From an uncultured delta proteobacterium (lineage in GTDB: Bacteria; Myxococcota_A; Polyangia; Polyangiales; Polyangiaceae), in NCBI GenBank assembly GCA_963696385.1, contig CAVOKF010000005.1:992001-1056000 (forward strand): a stretch of DNA of 64,000 bases, read 5' to 3'. Position numbers and translations under genes: made by a program. The notes beneath the pieces were generated by a model. The model had not been told where the DNA came from, did not search any database, and saw only the letters and a program-made list of their open reading frames with translations. Below are positions 11,041 through 22,490 of this stretch, piece after piece (the first letter of the stretch is position 1; every line of letters starts with the position of its first letter).

Positions 11041-12342
11041 TTACATGCAGCACACTGAGTAGGCGTTCGTCGCCGTCACATTCCCGGTCGGCTGCGGCTG
11101 TTTCGTCACGGAACACGTGCCGGCCGTCAAGGTGAAGTTCGCCTCGGCAGAGCCTGGGGAGTTGCTGTAGCCTCCGCACGTCACCGTGCTGGCCAAAGCG
11201 GCGCCTGCGCACAGCGACCCGTTGTAGAGGCTGGCCCCCCCCGAACAGCTGCCGGCGGTGGGCGTGGGGCTGCATGTGCATGCCCCGCACCCGCGTCCGT
11301 CGGCGAAGCTCTTGTAGACGACGACGGGCTGGGCGCTCGCATTGTACGGAGCGGGGCATGCCGTCTGCACGCCCGGCTGATAGACGCACAGCTCGCTGCC
11401 AAACGGTGCGGTCGGCTTCGGAAGGCACTGGTTGGTGGGGTTCGTGCAGCCGCCGGGGACGTCGACTCGCCCGGCGTACGCGCAGATCCGAGCCGTGGTT
11501 TGCCAGCTCGGAGGCGCGCCGCTCGGCGTTACCGTCGGGGTGCACGTTCCGGCGGAAGCGACCGGTGCTGTCACCTTCCAAGCGCCGTCGACGCCGCCGC
11601 CGGTACACGTAAAGGCCGTGCAGGCGTTCGATGACAGGGTGACCGTCGCGCACAAATCGTAGCAAGCTTCATCCGTATAGATCGTGGCGGTGCCCGAACA
11701 TTTCTGCCCGGTCGCCGCGCACTGGCAGGGACACGTGTCCGGCGCGGCGATCAGCCCCCCGAAGGCGTCGACGGCGGTCGCGTATCCCGCCGGGCAGCTC
11801 GGCACCGAAGGGGCCGGATAGCCTCCGGTCCACAGCAGGACTGGACCGATCCACGTGTTGGGCACGGGCGGGGCACACTCGTAGGCGGCGCAGGCCGGCT
11901 GATCGGCGCAGTCGATGTGCCCATCGCATGCGTTGTCGATGCCGTCGGTGCAGTTCTCGGGGGTCGGCACGCAGACGCCCGAGTCCGGCGGTGGCCCGTT
12001 CGAGCCGTCCGAGCCGTCCGGAAGGGTCGGTCCGCCGCCGTCATCGATCAATCCGTCCGCCGCATCCGCGGACGTAGTCGCATCGCTGCCGTCACCGGTG
12101 TCGTCCAGCTCGGCAGCGTCGGCGTCGGCGGTGGCCCCATCGAGCGGTGGACTCGCCTCGAACGCGTCGATCGCTTGGGTCGCGTCCCCATCTGCGTCGG
12201 CCATCGCACTCGCATCTTCTGGTTCTGGACACGTCGAGGTCTCCACGCAATCCGGAGTACCGCACCCGTCGACGACGAGGGCCATGCCGCACACGACCCC
12301 CCCACCCGCGATACGCGCCAACATCCGCCGTGAAAATCCCAT
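11041..12342 (-). CDS. Cys-rich myxobacterial lipoprotein
   Basis: Lipobox-like LVVDGC; Asp/Ala linker; ENCTDGIDNACDGHIDC putative metal-binding repeat; CPCQC and DGRGCGACTC motifs; ends VCCM. Confidence 0.75.
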   Translation of the reverse strand: MGFSRRMLARIAGGGVVCGMALVVDGCGTPDCVETSTCPEPEDASAMADADGDATQAIDAFEASPPLDGATADADAAELDDTGDGSDATTSADAADGLIDDGGGPTLPDGSDGSNGPPPDSGVCVPTPENCTDGIDNACDGHIDCADQPACAAYECAPPVPNTWIGPVLLWTGGYPAPSVPSCPAGYATAVDAFGGLIAAPDTCPCQCAATGQKCSGTATIYTDEACYDLCATVTLSSNACTAFTCTGGGVDGAWKVTAPVASAGTCTPTVTPSGAPPSWQTTARICAYAGRVDVPGGCTNPTNQCLPKPTAPFGSELCVYQPGVQTACPAPYNASAQPVVVYKSFADGRGCGACTCSPTPTAGSCSGGASLYNGSLCAGAALASTVTCGGYSNSPGSAEANFTLTAGTCSVTKQPQPTGNVTATNAYSVCCM

Positions 12343-12459
12343 AAGGCTCCGATACAGTCTGACCGCGCTAGATGGCTTCGGAGCAAATTTCGCGGCCGCT
12401 TGGTGTGGATACGCGCATGCGGTCGTCCTTGGGATAGTGTGGGAGTCTGGGGGCACTCG

Positions 12460-14415
12460 ATGACCCGACCGTTGCGTTTGCTTCTTATCGAAGATAGCCC
12501 AGATGATGCGGAGCTTCTTCTCCGTGAGCTCCGCAGCGCAGGATTCGACCCGCAGTCTCGAAGGGTCGCCACCCGCCACGATCTCGAGCGCGCTCTCGAC
12601 GTGGCGTGGGATGTCATTCTTTGCGATGATCGCTTGCCCGCGTTCGATGCGTCGGCCGTTCTCGCCATCGTTCGCGAGCGGCAAATCAGCACGCCCTGCA
12701 TCGTCGTCTCGGGGACGGCGAGCGAGGAGCATGCCGTGACGGCCATGCGCCACGGCGCGCAGGACTTCATTTCGAAGGACCGACTTGGCCGCCTGGTCCC
12801 CGCCATCGAGCGCGAGCTGCGCGATTCGGAGGTCCGAATCAAGCAAGCGATCACCGAAAGTACATTGCGCGCCACCGAGGCGAGCTTCCGGGGGGCGTTC
12901 GAGCTGATTCCGGACGGGGTGCTCGTGCACCGCGACGGCCATGTCGTTCATGCCAACGGTGCAGCGGTAACGCTTTTGGGAGCGGCCAGTGTCGACGATC
13001 TCGTAGGACGCTCGGTGCTCGACCTATTCGCCCCTTCCAATCGAGAGCTCGTTCGCATGCGGTTGGACGACGGCGACGCGCTCAAGGAGCGAACACCGCT
13101 CGTCGAGTTGTCGATGGTTCGGCTGGACGGGCGATCGGTCGACGTCGAGACGACGGCGATGCCCGTGCTCTTCGAGGGCGAGCCGGCGATCCTCGCGGTC
13201 GTCCGAGATGTGTCCGCCCGCCGGGAGCTCGTGGCGCGGACGATGCACATCGACCGCATGCTGGCGATCGGAACTCTGGCCGCCGGCGTGGGCCACGAGA
13301 TCAACAATCCGCTCGCATACATCATGGCCAACCTCGGGTACGCGGGCGAGGAGGTGGCCCGCGTGCGGCAGACGCTCGAGCCGCGGCGGGCAAGCAATCC
13401 CGCGATCGCGTCGCTCTTGAACGCCTTGTCGGAGGTCGTGCTCGTTCTCGGAGAGGCCGACGACGGCGCTCGACGCATCCGCGACATCACGCGCGACTTG
13501 AAGACTTACGCGCGCGCCGACGACGACGCGCCACAGCTCGTGGACGTGTGCGAAGCGGCGGATTCCGCACTGCGCATGGCCGCTCCCGAACTGCGCCAAC
13601 GAGCTCGTGTGACGCGCGAGTACGGCGAGGTTCCCCCGATCGTGTCGAGCCGTTCGCGGGTCGGCCAAGTGCTTCTCAACCTGATCGTCAACGCGGCCCA
13701 CGCGATCGGCGAGGGTCGACCGGAGGCGAATGAGATCTCGGTGCGAATCCGATCGGAGGGCCCCAGCGTCGTCATCGACGTGCGTGATACGGGCTGCGGC
13801 ATTGCCCCCCAGCATCTCGAGCGCCTATTCACACCATTTTTCACGACGAAGCCGATGGGGAAGGGGACTGGGCTCGGGTTGTCGATTTCGCGGCGCATCG
13901 TTCGGTCGCTCGGCGGCGACATCCACGTGCAAAGCGACTTGGGAAGAGGAACGACCATGAGCGTCGTCCTGCCGGCGGCGCCCGCGGCTTCGACCGTCGA
14001 GACGCCGACGCCGGCGCCGGTCGCGCGCCGGTGCCGGATCCTGTTCGTGGACGACGACCGCACGGTCGCGACGGCATTTCAGCGCGCTCTTTCACGAGAG
14101 CACGACGTGGTCGTGGTCGATAGCGCCGGCGAGGCGCTGAAGAGGTTGGGACTCGGCGAGGCGTACGATGTCATCTTCTGCGATTTGAACATGCCCACCA
14201 TGACGGGGGCCGACCTGTTCGAGGTCATCGAGCGCACCCTTCCGAAGCTCACGTCGCGCGTCGTCGTCATCACCGGAGGGGAGACGGACGCGCGGACGAG
14301 AACGTTCGTCGAAATGCGACGGGCCCCCATCCTGGAGAAGCCGCTCGACATGCGGCAAGTGCGCGCGCATCTAGCGAAAGTGGCGGCGGGGTTGGCCGCG
14401 ACTCAAGAGATATAG
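12460..14415 (+). CDS. Hybrid sensor histidine kinase (REC-PAS-HisKA-HATPase-REC)
   Basis: LLLIEDSPDD receiver; PAS (HAN...); H-box GVGHEINNPL; N-box QVLLNLIVNA; DTGCGI; FFTTKP-GKGTGLGL; C-terminal receiver with CDLNMP and KP. Confidence 0.95.
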   Translation: MTRPLRLLLIEDSPDDAELLLRELRSAGFDPQSRRVATRHDLERALDVAWDVILCDDRLPAFDASAVLAIVRERQISTPCIVVSGTASEEHAVTAMRHGAQDFISKDRLGRLVPAIERELRDSEVRIKQAITESTLRATEASFRGAFELIPDGVLVHRDGHVVHANGAAVTLLGAASVDDLVGRSVLDLFAPSNRELVRMRLDDGDALKERTPLVELSMVRLDGRSVDVETTAMPVLFEGEPAILAVVRDVSARRELVARTMHIDRMLAIGTLAAGVGHEINNPLAYIMANLGYAGEEVARVRQTLEPRRASNPAIASLLNALSEVVLVLGEADDGARRIRDITRDLKTYARADDDAPQLVDVCEAADSALRMAAPELRQRARVTREYGEVPPIVSSRSRVGQVLLNLIVNAAHAIGEGRPEANEISVRIRSEGPSVVIDVRDTGCGIAPQHLERLFTPFFTTKPMGKGTGLGLSISRRIVRSLGGDIHVQSDLGRGTTMSVVLPAAPAASTVETPTPAPVARRCRILFVDDDRTVATAFQRALSREHDVVVVDSAGEALKRLGLGEAYDVIFCDLNMPTMTGADLFEVIERTLPKLTSRVVVITGGETDARTRTFVEMRRAPILEKPLDMRQVRAHLAKVAAGLAATQEI

Positions 14416-15425
14416 CGGGTGCGGCTGCGCATCAGAGCCACGAGCTCCTGCTTGGACGGGGCGGCATCTCCGAGCGGAACGACCCGGCGGGCAAGCTGGT
14501 CGTAGCGGCCGAGCATGAGCAGCAGCCACACGCCGAAAAAGTCGATTCCGGTGAACACCAGTGCCTCTTGGGCGGCGTAGGTCGCCACGTTTTGGCTGAA
14601 CTCTTGCGGCATCTCGGTCCAATGGCGTGTCTGCTTGAGGTGATGGCCGATATGGTATCCGTCGTTGAAGCAACGCCTGTTGTACGCGGAATTGACGCAC
14701 GTAATGCTGTTCCGATAGCAGTTTTCGGGAGCATCCGCGTCGATGAACGCGTGCTGCGCCCAGTTGCCCGCCATCATGGCGAAGCGCACGATGATGAGAG
14801 GCAGGACGAACACCACAAGGGTCGCACGCCAGTTGAAGTACAACAGTACCGAGACGGCCACCGCGAACCCCAGCTCGCCGCAGAGAGTGCGCACCATCAG
14901 CGCGCGCCGCTTCTTTCGCGCGAAGTAGCGCGTCAGCTCGAGTGTTCCGCCGAAGAAAAAGCGCAGGAAGTACCGCGCAAAGTCGATGGGGCTGTCGCGC
15001 TGATAGGACATCGTGGAGCTGATGTCGCCCTCGAGGTTGTTCTCGGGGTGGTGCATGCCCACGTGGTGCGCGAAATACGTCTCCGGCGACTCTCCGAAAA
15101 ACGGGCCGAGAACCGACGGCACATAGAGGTTCAGCCAAGCCCAGGGGCGCTTGAAAAGGCGGCGGTGGCTCGTGTTGTGAAGCATCAACACGAACGGACC
15201 CAGGAAATACACGACCAACGCGAGATGCACCGCAGCGAGCCAAAGGCGAAAGGCCCCCGGGACGAAGAGGACCACTCCGGTCGGAACCACGGTGACCGTG
15301 AGCAACGCCATGAGCTTCAGGAACGGCGTGTCGCGTCGATCGTGGATGAAGCGCTCCGCCATGCGATCGAAGCTGCGGGGCTTGTCGGGCTGCCGGTAGG
15401 TCGGGTCGTTCAGAACGAGATCCAT
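14403..15425 (-). CDS. Membrane fatty acid desaturase family protein
   Basis: His boxes HNTSH, HHVGMHH, QHAF and NDGYHIGHH. Confidence 0.88.
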   Translation of the reverse strand: MDLVLNDPTYRQPDKPRSFDRMAERFIHDRRDTPFLKLMALLTVTVVPTGVVLFVPGAFRLWLAAVHLALVVYFLGPFVLMLHNTSHRRLFKRPWAWLNLYVPSVLGPFFGESPETYFAHHVGMHHPENNLEGDISSTMSYQRDSPIDFARYFLRFFFGGTLELTRYFARKKRRALMVRTLCGELGFAVAVSVLLYFNWRATLVVFVLPLIIVRFAMMAGNWAQHAFIDADAPENCYRNSITCVNSAYNRRCFNDGYHIGHHLKQTRHWTEMPQEFSQNVATYAAQEALVFTGIDFFGVWLLLMLGRYDQLARRVVPLGDAAPSKQELVALMRSRTRYIS

Positions 15426-15544
15426 GGCGCTCGGGGCTTTTACGCCCGAATGGGACCCTTCGTCGAGGGCGAGCTGAACCGCGCGCCGCGAGAGGCGCGC
15501 CGGGGCGCGCCTCCCCCCGGCTTTCCGTTCAAATGGGACCGGGA

Positions 15545-15817
15545 TCACGGGGCCCAGTTGAGGGCCGCTTCGGTCTCATGAATGGCTCGGTCGGTGGACT
15601 CGATGGCTCGCTCTCTCCATCCGCCGTGGTTGTGTTCGGCGTTTTCGAGATGGCCCCGCGCGCTGCGGAGATTTTCGAGCGCGGCCCGCATCCGTCGGAA
15701 GTCGCCTTCCACGGACTTTGGGTCTGAGTGGGAGTAGTTCGCAGATGCGGCCTGGTGGCCGACGACGAGTACCAACGCGGTGGTCGAGATAAGAGCCAGC
15801 GGTTTCCAGAATGTCAT
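15545..15817 (-). CDS. Small secreted helical protein
   Basis: Signal peptide MTFWKPLAL...ASA; helix-HNHGGWR-helix pattern (MRAALENLRSA...HLE...AIES...AI). Confidence 0.65.
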   Translation of the reverse strand: MTFWKPLALISTTALVLVVGHQAASANYSHSDPKSVEGDFRRMRAALENLRSARGHLENAEHNHGGWRERAIESTDRAIHETEAALNWAP

Positions 15818-16090
15818 AAAGAATCTCCTTATCGGTCGCGATTTGCCGTCGCCCGTCTCGCGGGCAGGGTGGGCCAAGTATCGCCAGAGCAAGTGACGGC
15901 GGGGAGACAAATCGAACCCGCAACGCCACGGAAGGGCGCGAAGGTGCCCGCCTTTCGTGACGGCGTCGCACATGCGCCGCCGTCGGACTCGGGCCGCCGT
16001 TGGAATCGCGATCGGACCCGGCGAGTCGCGATTCGGACCCACGCACTCGCGGTCGGCGCTCGCGCCGTGGCCGCTCACATCCCTGGAAAG

Positions 16091-17180
16091 CTAGGCAGGT
16101 CGCGCCGGCGGCTCTGAATCGGCTGGCCTCGGACGCAAGTCGGCGCCCACATGGATGCCGCACTCGCGTCGGGTCGAGTCTTCCCACCACCAGCGGCCCG
16201 CGCGCTCGTGCTCGCCGGGCAGGGTCGGGCGAGTGCAAGGTTCGCAGCCAATCGACACGAATCCGCGTTCGTGAAGCGCGTTGTGCGGGACGCCGTGTTC
16301 GCGAATGTAGTGCCAGGTCTCGGCCGAGGACCAGCGTGCGAGCGGATTGAGCTTAACGAGTGTGCCCGAACGACCCGTCGCGCTGCGATCGCGCTCTACG
16401 ACCGGCATGGAGGCCCGCGTCGCCGGACTCTGGTCCCGACGTTGGCCCGTGGCCCAGGCGTTGAGGGTACCGAGCATCCGCCTGAGAGGTTCGACCTTGC
16501 GGATGCCGCAGCATTCTTGGTGGCCCTCCTCGTAGAAGCTGAAAAGCCCCTTGCGCTTCACGAATGTCTGAAGCTCCGGGGCCTGGGCGGTCATGATGGC
16601 GATTCTCGATTTTGTAGTGCTTTCGGACGGCCTCGATGAATCGATACGTTTCCGGGTGCAACCGCCCCGTGTCGAGGCAAAAGACGGAAAAGGGCAACCC
16701 GATCCCAGTTGCCATGTGCACGAGCACGACGTCTTCGGATCCGCTGAACGCAATGCCGAGCGAACTGCCCCACCGCTCGAGGCCCCACCGCAGGACGTCG
16801 GCCGGAGGGCGGTCGGCCAGTTCGACCGACATGCGCTCGAGTTCTTCGTCCGAAAGGGTCGCCCCTGCGGAACCCACGGGCTCGGAGATTGAGCTCAGGT
16901 GCTCCCGGACGAGTTTGAGAACGCTGTCGACGACCGTCGTCCCCGAGGATCCGTCGCGGACGACGAAGAACGGGGCGGCGTCGACGCCGAGCTGCGTGGC
17001 GAGCCGTGCTCCCGGTGACGCCGGGTCGCCCTCCTCGGCCCACTGGACGTCGTCGATGCGGTCCCAGAGGCCCCGGCTTCGCAGGAGGTCTTCGGCCTGG
17101 ACGCATTTTCGGCATGTCTGGCCATTCGCAAGGCGCTTTTTCACCATCGTCACGTGCATGGCGGCAAAGAGCATAGTCAC
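16091..17180 (-). CDS. cysH: Adenylylsulfate (APS) reductase, CysH family, with N-terminal CxxC domain; split by a 1-bp frameshift near 16604
   Basis: IAFSGSED and [11 protein letters not shown] in one frame; [34 protein letters not shown] and ECGIH in the other. An extra A in gagaatc (minus strand) breaks the frame. Confidence 0.9.
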
Positions 17181-17267
17181 CCCCTCGCGTCGAAGCCCGC
17201 TCCTGGCCCGCTACGGACTCGGCGTGCCGAGTTGACCCTGCGGCGAGGTCCGCCTAGGGTCGGCCCC

Positions 17268-17867
17268 GTGAATCCGCAAGAACTCGACGATATCGTGGCC
17301 GACCATGACCTCAACCGTCACCCCTTCTACAGGTCATGGCGAGCCGGCGAGCTGAGTCGGTCGACGATAGCCGTATACGCAGCCGAGTACGCCCCGTTCA
17401 TCGATTCGATCGAGATCGGATGGAGCGCCCTGGGCGACCTCGATCACGCAGCCGAAGAGCGGCAACACGCCGCCCTTTGGGGACGCTTCCGCGAGGCTCT
17501 CGGGTCCGGCGGCGAACCGCGGTGCGAGGAGGCGGCCGCGCTGGCTCGTTGCGCGATCGACGCGTTCGGCGACCGGAGCGAAGCGCTGGGTGCGCTTTAC
17601 GCGTTCGAGGCGCAGCAGCCCGCTACGGCGGCGCGTAAGCTCGAAGGGCTGATGGATCACTACGGGTTTTCCGACCATCAGGCCGCCTACTTTCGAATCC
17701 ACGCGAGCGACTACGGCGAACGCGATCGGCTCGCAGCCCACGCCGCCCAGCTTTCGCCGGATGACTCGGCTCGCGCCCGAGACGCCTGCGAGAGGACGTG
17801 CCGCGCCATGTGGAGCGCTCTGGACGGTATCCTGCGCGACGGTGTGGCGGCCCCTACGGGGTCTTGA
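17268..17867 (+). CDS. PqqC/TenA/CADD-like haem-oxygenase-fold (di-iron) protein
   Basis: HDLNRHPFYRSWRAGELS; EERQH; LGALYAFEAQQP; KLEGL..HYG; YFRIH. Confidence 0.8.
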   Translation: MNPQELDDIVADHDLNRHPFYRSWRAGELSRSTIAVYAAEYAPFIDSIEIGWSALGDLDHAAEERQHAALWGRFREALGSGGEPRCEEAAALARCAIDAFGDRSEALGALYAFEAQQPATAARKLEGLMDHYGFSDHQAAYFRIHASDYGERDRLAAHAAQLSPDDSARARDACERTCRAMWSALDGILRDGVAAPTGS

Positions 17868-19437
17868 CGGGCACGCGGCTCATGGCGCGCTCCGCCATGG
17901 CGGCAATCGTGAGCGAAGGATTCACGCCGGGATTGGCCGATACGGCCGATCCGTCCACCACGTAGAGGCCGTCGTATCCGAAGACGCGGTGCTGCACGTC
18001 GATGACGCCGTCGTCGGCGCTCGCTCCCATGCATGCGCCTCCGAGGACATGCGCCGTCGAAGGCGTGCCGAGCAGCGTTTCGGTCACGAGACTCATGGGA
18101 AGTCCACCGATCTTCTCGGCAAAGCGCCGACCCAAAGCCGTCGCCTCCGGCATCGACGCGCGAGGCGCACGCGACGGATTCCCGAGGCGGGTCACGAGTC
18201 CGCGCCGGAAGCCGGTGAACACGCTCCGTCCCAAACGAAGCGACAAGTCGCCTTCGAGCGCTCTCATGTAGAGTAGAATTTGCGTGCTCTTGGCGAAGTC
18301 CTTGACCATGAGGGCGCGCAGCCAGGCCCGAGGATCACGGGCCACGGTCCGCACGGCGCCGGCGATGCGCGAAAGGATCGTGGGTCCGGGGGCGTGCGGT
18401 ACGGCCAGGAGCCGAAAGAAGCCCGACCCTGAGCCGTAGCGGACGGGCTCGAGGTGGCTGGCATCGTCGGTCTGCAGGATCGAGGTGATCGCCACGCCCT
18501 CCGACAGATCGTCTCGACCGGGCGCCAACACGGCGATCAAGGCTTCGCTGTTCGTTCGCACGAAGTCGCCCAGGCGCGGGGACAAGTTCGGAAGCGCGTC
18601 GGGCATTTCGCGCATGCGCAAGAGCAGCGGAATCGTGCCCATGACGCCGCCGGCGCAGATGACCTTGTCGGCGGAGATTTCATGGACCGTCCGTGCCGCA
18701 CCGAACGTGTCCTTCGCGTGCACGACGAAGCCTCCTCCTCCCGGTCGAGGCCGAATGGCGACGACCTGGGTCGCGGCGCGCACGTCGGCGCCACGGATTT
18801 CGGCAAGGTGGAGGTAGTTCCGGTCGAGGGTGTTTTTGGCCCCGACCCGGCAGCCTGTCATGCAGGCTCCGCAGAAGGTGCATCCCGTGCGATCGGGCCC
18901 TTCGCCACCGAAAAACGGGTCTTGACTCGTTCGACCGGGGGTGCCGAAGTACACGCCGACGTCGGTCGGCCTGCAGTCGTCTCGCCGCCCCATCTCCCGG
19001 GCGATTTGCTGGAGGACGCGGTCCGCCGGCGTCTCGCGCGGGTTGGGGGACGCCCCGAGCATTCGGCGCGCGGTGGCATAGTGGCGGCCGAGCTCCTGCC
19101 GCCAGTCGCCGAGGTGCGACCACGACGGCGACTTGAAAAAGCCCTCGTCCGGGTGTGCGAGCGTGCCTGCGTACACGAGAGAGCCGCCGCCGACCCCGAC
19201 TCCATGGAAGATCGTGAGGTGCTCGAAGAACGACATCTGGAATATTCCTCGCAAGCCGATCTTTGGCATCCACAGCCAGCGCCGGAGGTCCCAGTTGGAC
19301 TTCGGAAAGTCGACGGGCGCATACCGTTTGCCCTTTTCGATCACCAGGACGCGGTAGCCCTTCTCCACAAGCCTCAAAGCAGACACGCTTCCGCCGAAGC
19401 CCGAGCCGACGACGACCCAATCGTAGTGGTCGATCAT
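17854..19437 (-). CDS. GMC oxidoreductase, cholesterol oxidase-like
   Basis: [66 protein letters not shown]. Confidence 0.9.
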   Translation of the reverse strand: MIDHYDWVVVGSGFGGSVSALRLVEKGYRVLVIEKGKRYAPVDFPKSNWDLRRWLWMPKIGLRGIFQMSFFEHLTIFHGVGVGGGSLVYAGTLAHPDEGFFKSPSWSHLGDWRQELGRHYATARRMLGASPNPRETPADRVLQQIAREMGRRDDCRPTDVGVYFGTPGRTSQDPFFGGEGPDRTGCTFCGACMTGCRVGAKNTLDRNYLHLAEIRGADVRAATQVVAIRPRPGGGGFVVHAKDTFGAARTVHEISADKVICAGGVMGTIPLLLRMREMPDALPNLSPRLGDFVRTNSEALIAVLAPGRDDLSEGVAITSILQTDDASHLEPVRYGSGSGFFRLLAVPHAPGPTILSRIAGAVRTVARDPRAWLRALMVKDFAKSTQILLYMRALEGDLSLRLGRSVFTGFRRGLVTRLGNPSRAPRASMPEATALGRRFAEKIGGLPMSLVTETLLGTPSTAHVLGGACMGASADDGVIDVQHRVFGYDGLYVVDGSAVSANPGVNPSLTIAAMAERAMSRVPVKTP

Positions 19438-19556
19438 GCGTGGATCCTCTCGAAAGCAGCTTTACGAAACATCCCGGTGTTTTGCGCGAAATACGAGGAC
19501 GGCAGTCTGGGCCCGCGCCCGCGACCCTTCGGCCCGGCGACGAAAGGACAGCGTCC

Positions 19557-21731
19557 ATGACAGCCAGCGTTTTTCGAACGGAGGCGTCAGCTTCCGCGAA
19601 CGGTTACACGTCAAGCCACGGGAGCATTCACCCGAGAGAGCCCGCTGCGGGCTTCGGTTCAAACGTGTTCGGCCTCTCGGCGATGAAAGCCCACCTCCCC
19701 AAAGAGGTCTTTCGATCCGTCAAGCGAACCATCGAGACGGGGCATGCGCTCGATCCGAAAATCGCCGACGTCGTGGCTGCCGCCATGAAGGACTGGGCGC
19801 TCTCGAAGGGTGCCACGCACTACGCGCACATCTTTTACCCGCTGACCGGACTCACGGCGGGAAAGCACGACAGTTTCTACAGCCCCGACGGCGAGGGCGG
19901 CGCGATCGCCGAATTTTCGGGCAAGACGCTCGTTCAAGGCGAGTCCGACGCTTCGAGTTTCCCGAATGGAGGCATTCGCGCCACAGCCGAGGCACGGGGC
20001 TACACCGCCTGGGATGTCACTAGCCCGGCATACCTGTACGAGACCAGCAGCGGCGCGACGCTTTGTATCCCGACCGTGTTCGTGTCGTGGACAGGAGAGG
20101 CTCTCGACCTGAAGACGCCGCTTTTGCGCTCCAATCAAGCCTTGAACACGCAGGCGACACGGGTTCTCAAGTTGTTCGGGCACGCGAACCCGGCCATGGT
20201 CGTTACGTACGCCGGCGCCGAACAAGAGTACTTCTTGGTCGATCGCAAGGACTACCTTCGGCGACCGGATCTGATCAATGCCGGGCGCACGCTCTTCGGC
20301 GCCAAGCCGCCGAAAGGGCAGGAGTTCGAAGACCATTACTTCGGGCCCATCCCCGAGCGCATCATCTCGTTCATGATCGCGACCGAGCAGGAGCTCTTCA
20401 AGTTGGGCATCCCCGCGAAAACCCGGCACAACGAGGTCGCGCCGGGCCAATTCGAATTGGCTCCGATCTTCGAGACGGCCAACATTGCCGCTGACCACCA
20501 GCAGCTGATCATGGTCGTGCTCAAGCGCGTCGCGGAACGGTTCGGACTCGAGTGCCTTTTGCACGAAAAGCCATTTGCCGGCGTGAACGGTTCGGGCAAA
20601 CACGTCAATTTTTCCATCGGGAACGCAACCCAAGGAAACCTGCTTGACCCGGGGGATACACCCCACGAAAACGCACAGTTTCTGGTGTTCTGCGCCGCCG
20701 TGGTTCGGGCGGTTCACAAGTTCGGTGACCTGTTGCGCGCGTCGGTCGCCTCGGCGAGCAACGATCACCGCCTCGGGGCGAATGAAGCCCCACCCGCCAT
20801 CATTTCGGTATTTCTCGGAGAGCAGTTGGACGACGTCTTCGCGCAAATCGCCGCCGGCGGCGCCAAGTCGTCCAAGTCGAAGGGCACACTCGAAATCGGC
20901 GCCGACACGTTGCCCAAACTTCCCAAGGACCCCGGAGATCGCAACCGGACGAGTCCCTTTGCATTCACGGGCAACCGATTCGAGTTTCGAGCTGTCGGCT
21001 CGAGCCAGTCCATCGCCGGCCCCATGATTGTCCTGAACACCGTCGTGGCGGAGTCGCTCGACTACGTGGCGACGACGCTCGAAGCCGCCGTGGCGGCTGG
21101 TAAGCCGCTCAACACCGCTATCGGCGAACTTCTCGCGACGATCGTCAAAGAGCACTTTGCGGTCGTATTCAACGGCAATGGATACTCATCCGAGTGGCAC
21201 GCGGAGGCGGCGCGCCGAGGTTTGCCCAACCTCAAGACGACCGTCGATTCCCTGGCCGCCCTTCAGCGGCGCGAGGTGATCGAGCTTTTCGACAAATACA
21301 AGGTCCTCTCTCCGAGAGAGCTTCACAGTCGTTACGAGATCTCTTTCGAGCACTATTGCAAGAGCGTCAACGTGGAAGCGAAGCTCGCGCTCAGCATCGC
21401 GAGGACGATCATCCTACCGAGCGTTCTTCGCTACCAACGCGAACTGGCGGAAACGGCTATTGCCGTCAAGCATGCCGGGCAGGCGGCCGACACCAAACTG
21501 CTGGGCCGCGTCACGTCGCAAGCTTCTACGCTCGAAGCCCGCATCGACATTCTCGACAAGGCCATGTCGGAGCACGCCGGCCACTCTGCCGTCGAGGAGG
21601 CCAAGCATTTCTCCGATGTGGTCCTGCCGGCCATGAAAGGCGTACGCGAAGTCGCCGATACGCTCGAAGGCCTCGTTGCCCGAGATCGGTGGACGCTGCC
21701 CCTTTACGAGGACATCCTTTACATCCAGTAG
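19557..21731 (+). CDS. glnN: Glutamine synthetase type III
   Basis: [91 protein letters not shown] aaagga upstream. Confidence 0.95.
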   Translation: MTASVFRTEASASANGYTSSHGSIHPREPAAGFGSNVFGLSAMKAHLPKEVFRSVKRTIETGHALDPKIADVVAAAMKDWALSKGATHYAHIFYPLTGLTAGKHDSFYSPDGEGGAIAEFSGKTLVQGESDASSFPNGGIRATAEARGYTAWDVTSPAYLYETSSGATLCIPTVFVSWTGEALDLKTPLLRSNQALNTQATRVLKLFGHANPAMVVTYAGAEQEYFLVDRKDYLRRPDLINAGRTLFGAKPPKGQEFEDHYFGPIPERIISFMIATEQELFKLGIPAKTRHNEVAPGQFELAPIFETANIAADHQQLIMVVLKRVAERFGLECLLHEKPFAGVNGSGKHVNFSIGNATQGNLLDPGDTPHENAQFLVFCAAVVRAVHKFGDLLRASVASASNDHRLGANEAPPAIISVFLGEQLDDVFAQIAAGGAKSSKSKGTLEIGADTLPKLPKDPGDRNRTSPFAFTGNRFEFRAVGSSQSIAGPMIVLNTVVAESLDYVATTLEAAVAAGKPLNTAIGELLATIVKEHFAVVFNGNGYSSEWHAEAARRGLPNLKTTVDSLAALQRREVIELFDKYKVLSPRELHSRYEISFEHYCKSVNVEAKLALSIARTIILPSVLRYQRELAETAIAVKHAGQAADTKLLGRVTSQASTLEARIDILDKAMSEHAGHSAVEEAKHFSDVVLPAMKGVREVADTLEGLVARDRWTLPLYEDILYIQ

Positions 21732-21741
21732 CCACGATGAG

Positions 21742-21772
21742 GGCGCGGTCCCACCGTCCTTGGGTCCGCGCC
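21742..21772 (+). terminator. GC-rich hairpin after glnN (no U-tract)
   Basis: ggcgcggtccca...tgggtccgcgcc, ~10 bp after the stop codon. Confidence 0.3.
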
Positions 21773-21971
21773 GTCGCGGCCGTTTGTCCAAAGCCATACC
21801 TAGCCGCGGCACGGACCTTCGCGCCGCGAGCGGGGTCCGTTCGGGTTCGCGCCGTGGTCGCGGGGTGTGAGCCAAGCCGGGCGTCATGCGTGCGCCCGGC
21901 GGCCCTTTCGGGTCGGCGGGGCGGTGCACGGTAATTCGGCCGCACGATCTTCGTTTCGCACGCGGAAGCTT

Positions 21972-22442
21972 TCAGATTTCTCCGGACGTCGGACCGAGCA
22001 AGCGATAGACGTCGGTCCGCCGGCTTGCGGGCGTGTCGTCCCAATGGCCGAAGACCTCCCACTGGACACCGTGGCGAATGATGTTTTCCGCCTGGCACCA
22101 GAGAGCGACGGCGTCGTGCGCGCCGGGAAGATCCTCGTAGCGACCCATGTGAACCGTCCATACGGCGCGGCCCGCGGGCGTTCGCGAGCAGCACACCCCC
22201 TGACGGTCCTCGAAAGGCTGTGCGACTTGGACGCCGGCTTCGAGTTCGACGTCTCGGCTCGACGGGTCGTGGTAGACACACACATTCTGTCCGAGCTTGC
22301 CGATGGCCGAACCGCGAAGATGAGCGTAGACGCGGTCGATGAGGCTCGGGATTGCCGTGGCAACGGCCCCCCAGCCGACGCGTTGTCGGACCGAAGCGAA
22401 GGCGGTCGGATCGACTTCGACGACGCGAATCACGTAGCCCAT
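21972..22442 (-). CDS. GyrI-like small-molecule-binding domain protein
   Basis: VELEAGV; TPAGRAVWTVHMGRYEDL; WEVFGHW; TDVYRLL. Confidence 0.8.
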   Translation of the reverse strand: MGYVIRVVEVDPTAFASVRQRVGWGAVATAIPSLIDRVYAHLRGSAIGKLGQNVCVYHDPSSRDVELEAGVQVAQPFEDRQGVCCSRTPAGRAVWTVHMGRYEDLPGAHDAVALWCQAENIIRHGVQWEVFGHWDDTPASRRTDVYRLLGPTSGEI

Positions 22443-22490
22443 TGTAGGCAGCCTAGCGCGCCGGAGACCCGGACGCGACGGTACGGTGGG

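Noticed and set aside
9911..11665. 584-aa single protein
   Set aside because: The upstream part overlaps the real 11041-12342 gene in another frame; the signal peptide starts at 10924.
21867..22490. N-terminal extension of TrmY (414-aa ORF)
   Set aside because: It is the antisense shadow of the GyrI-like gene; homology starts at about 22491.
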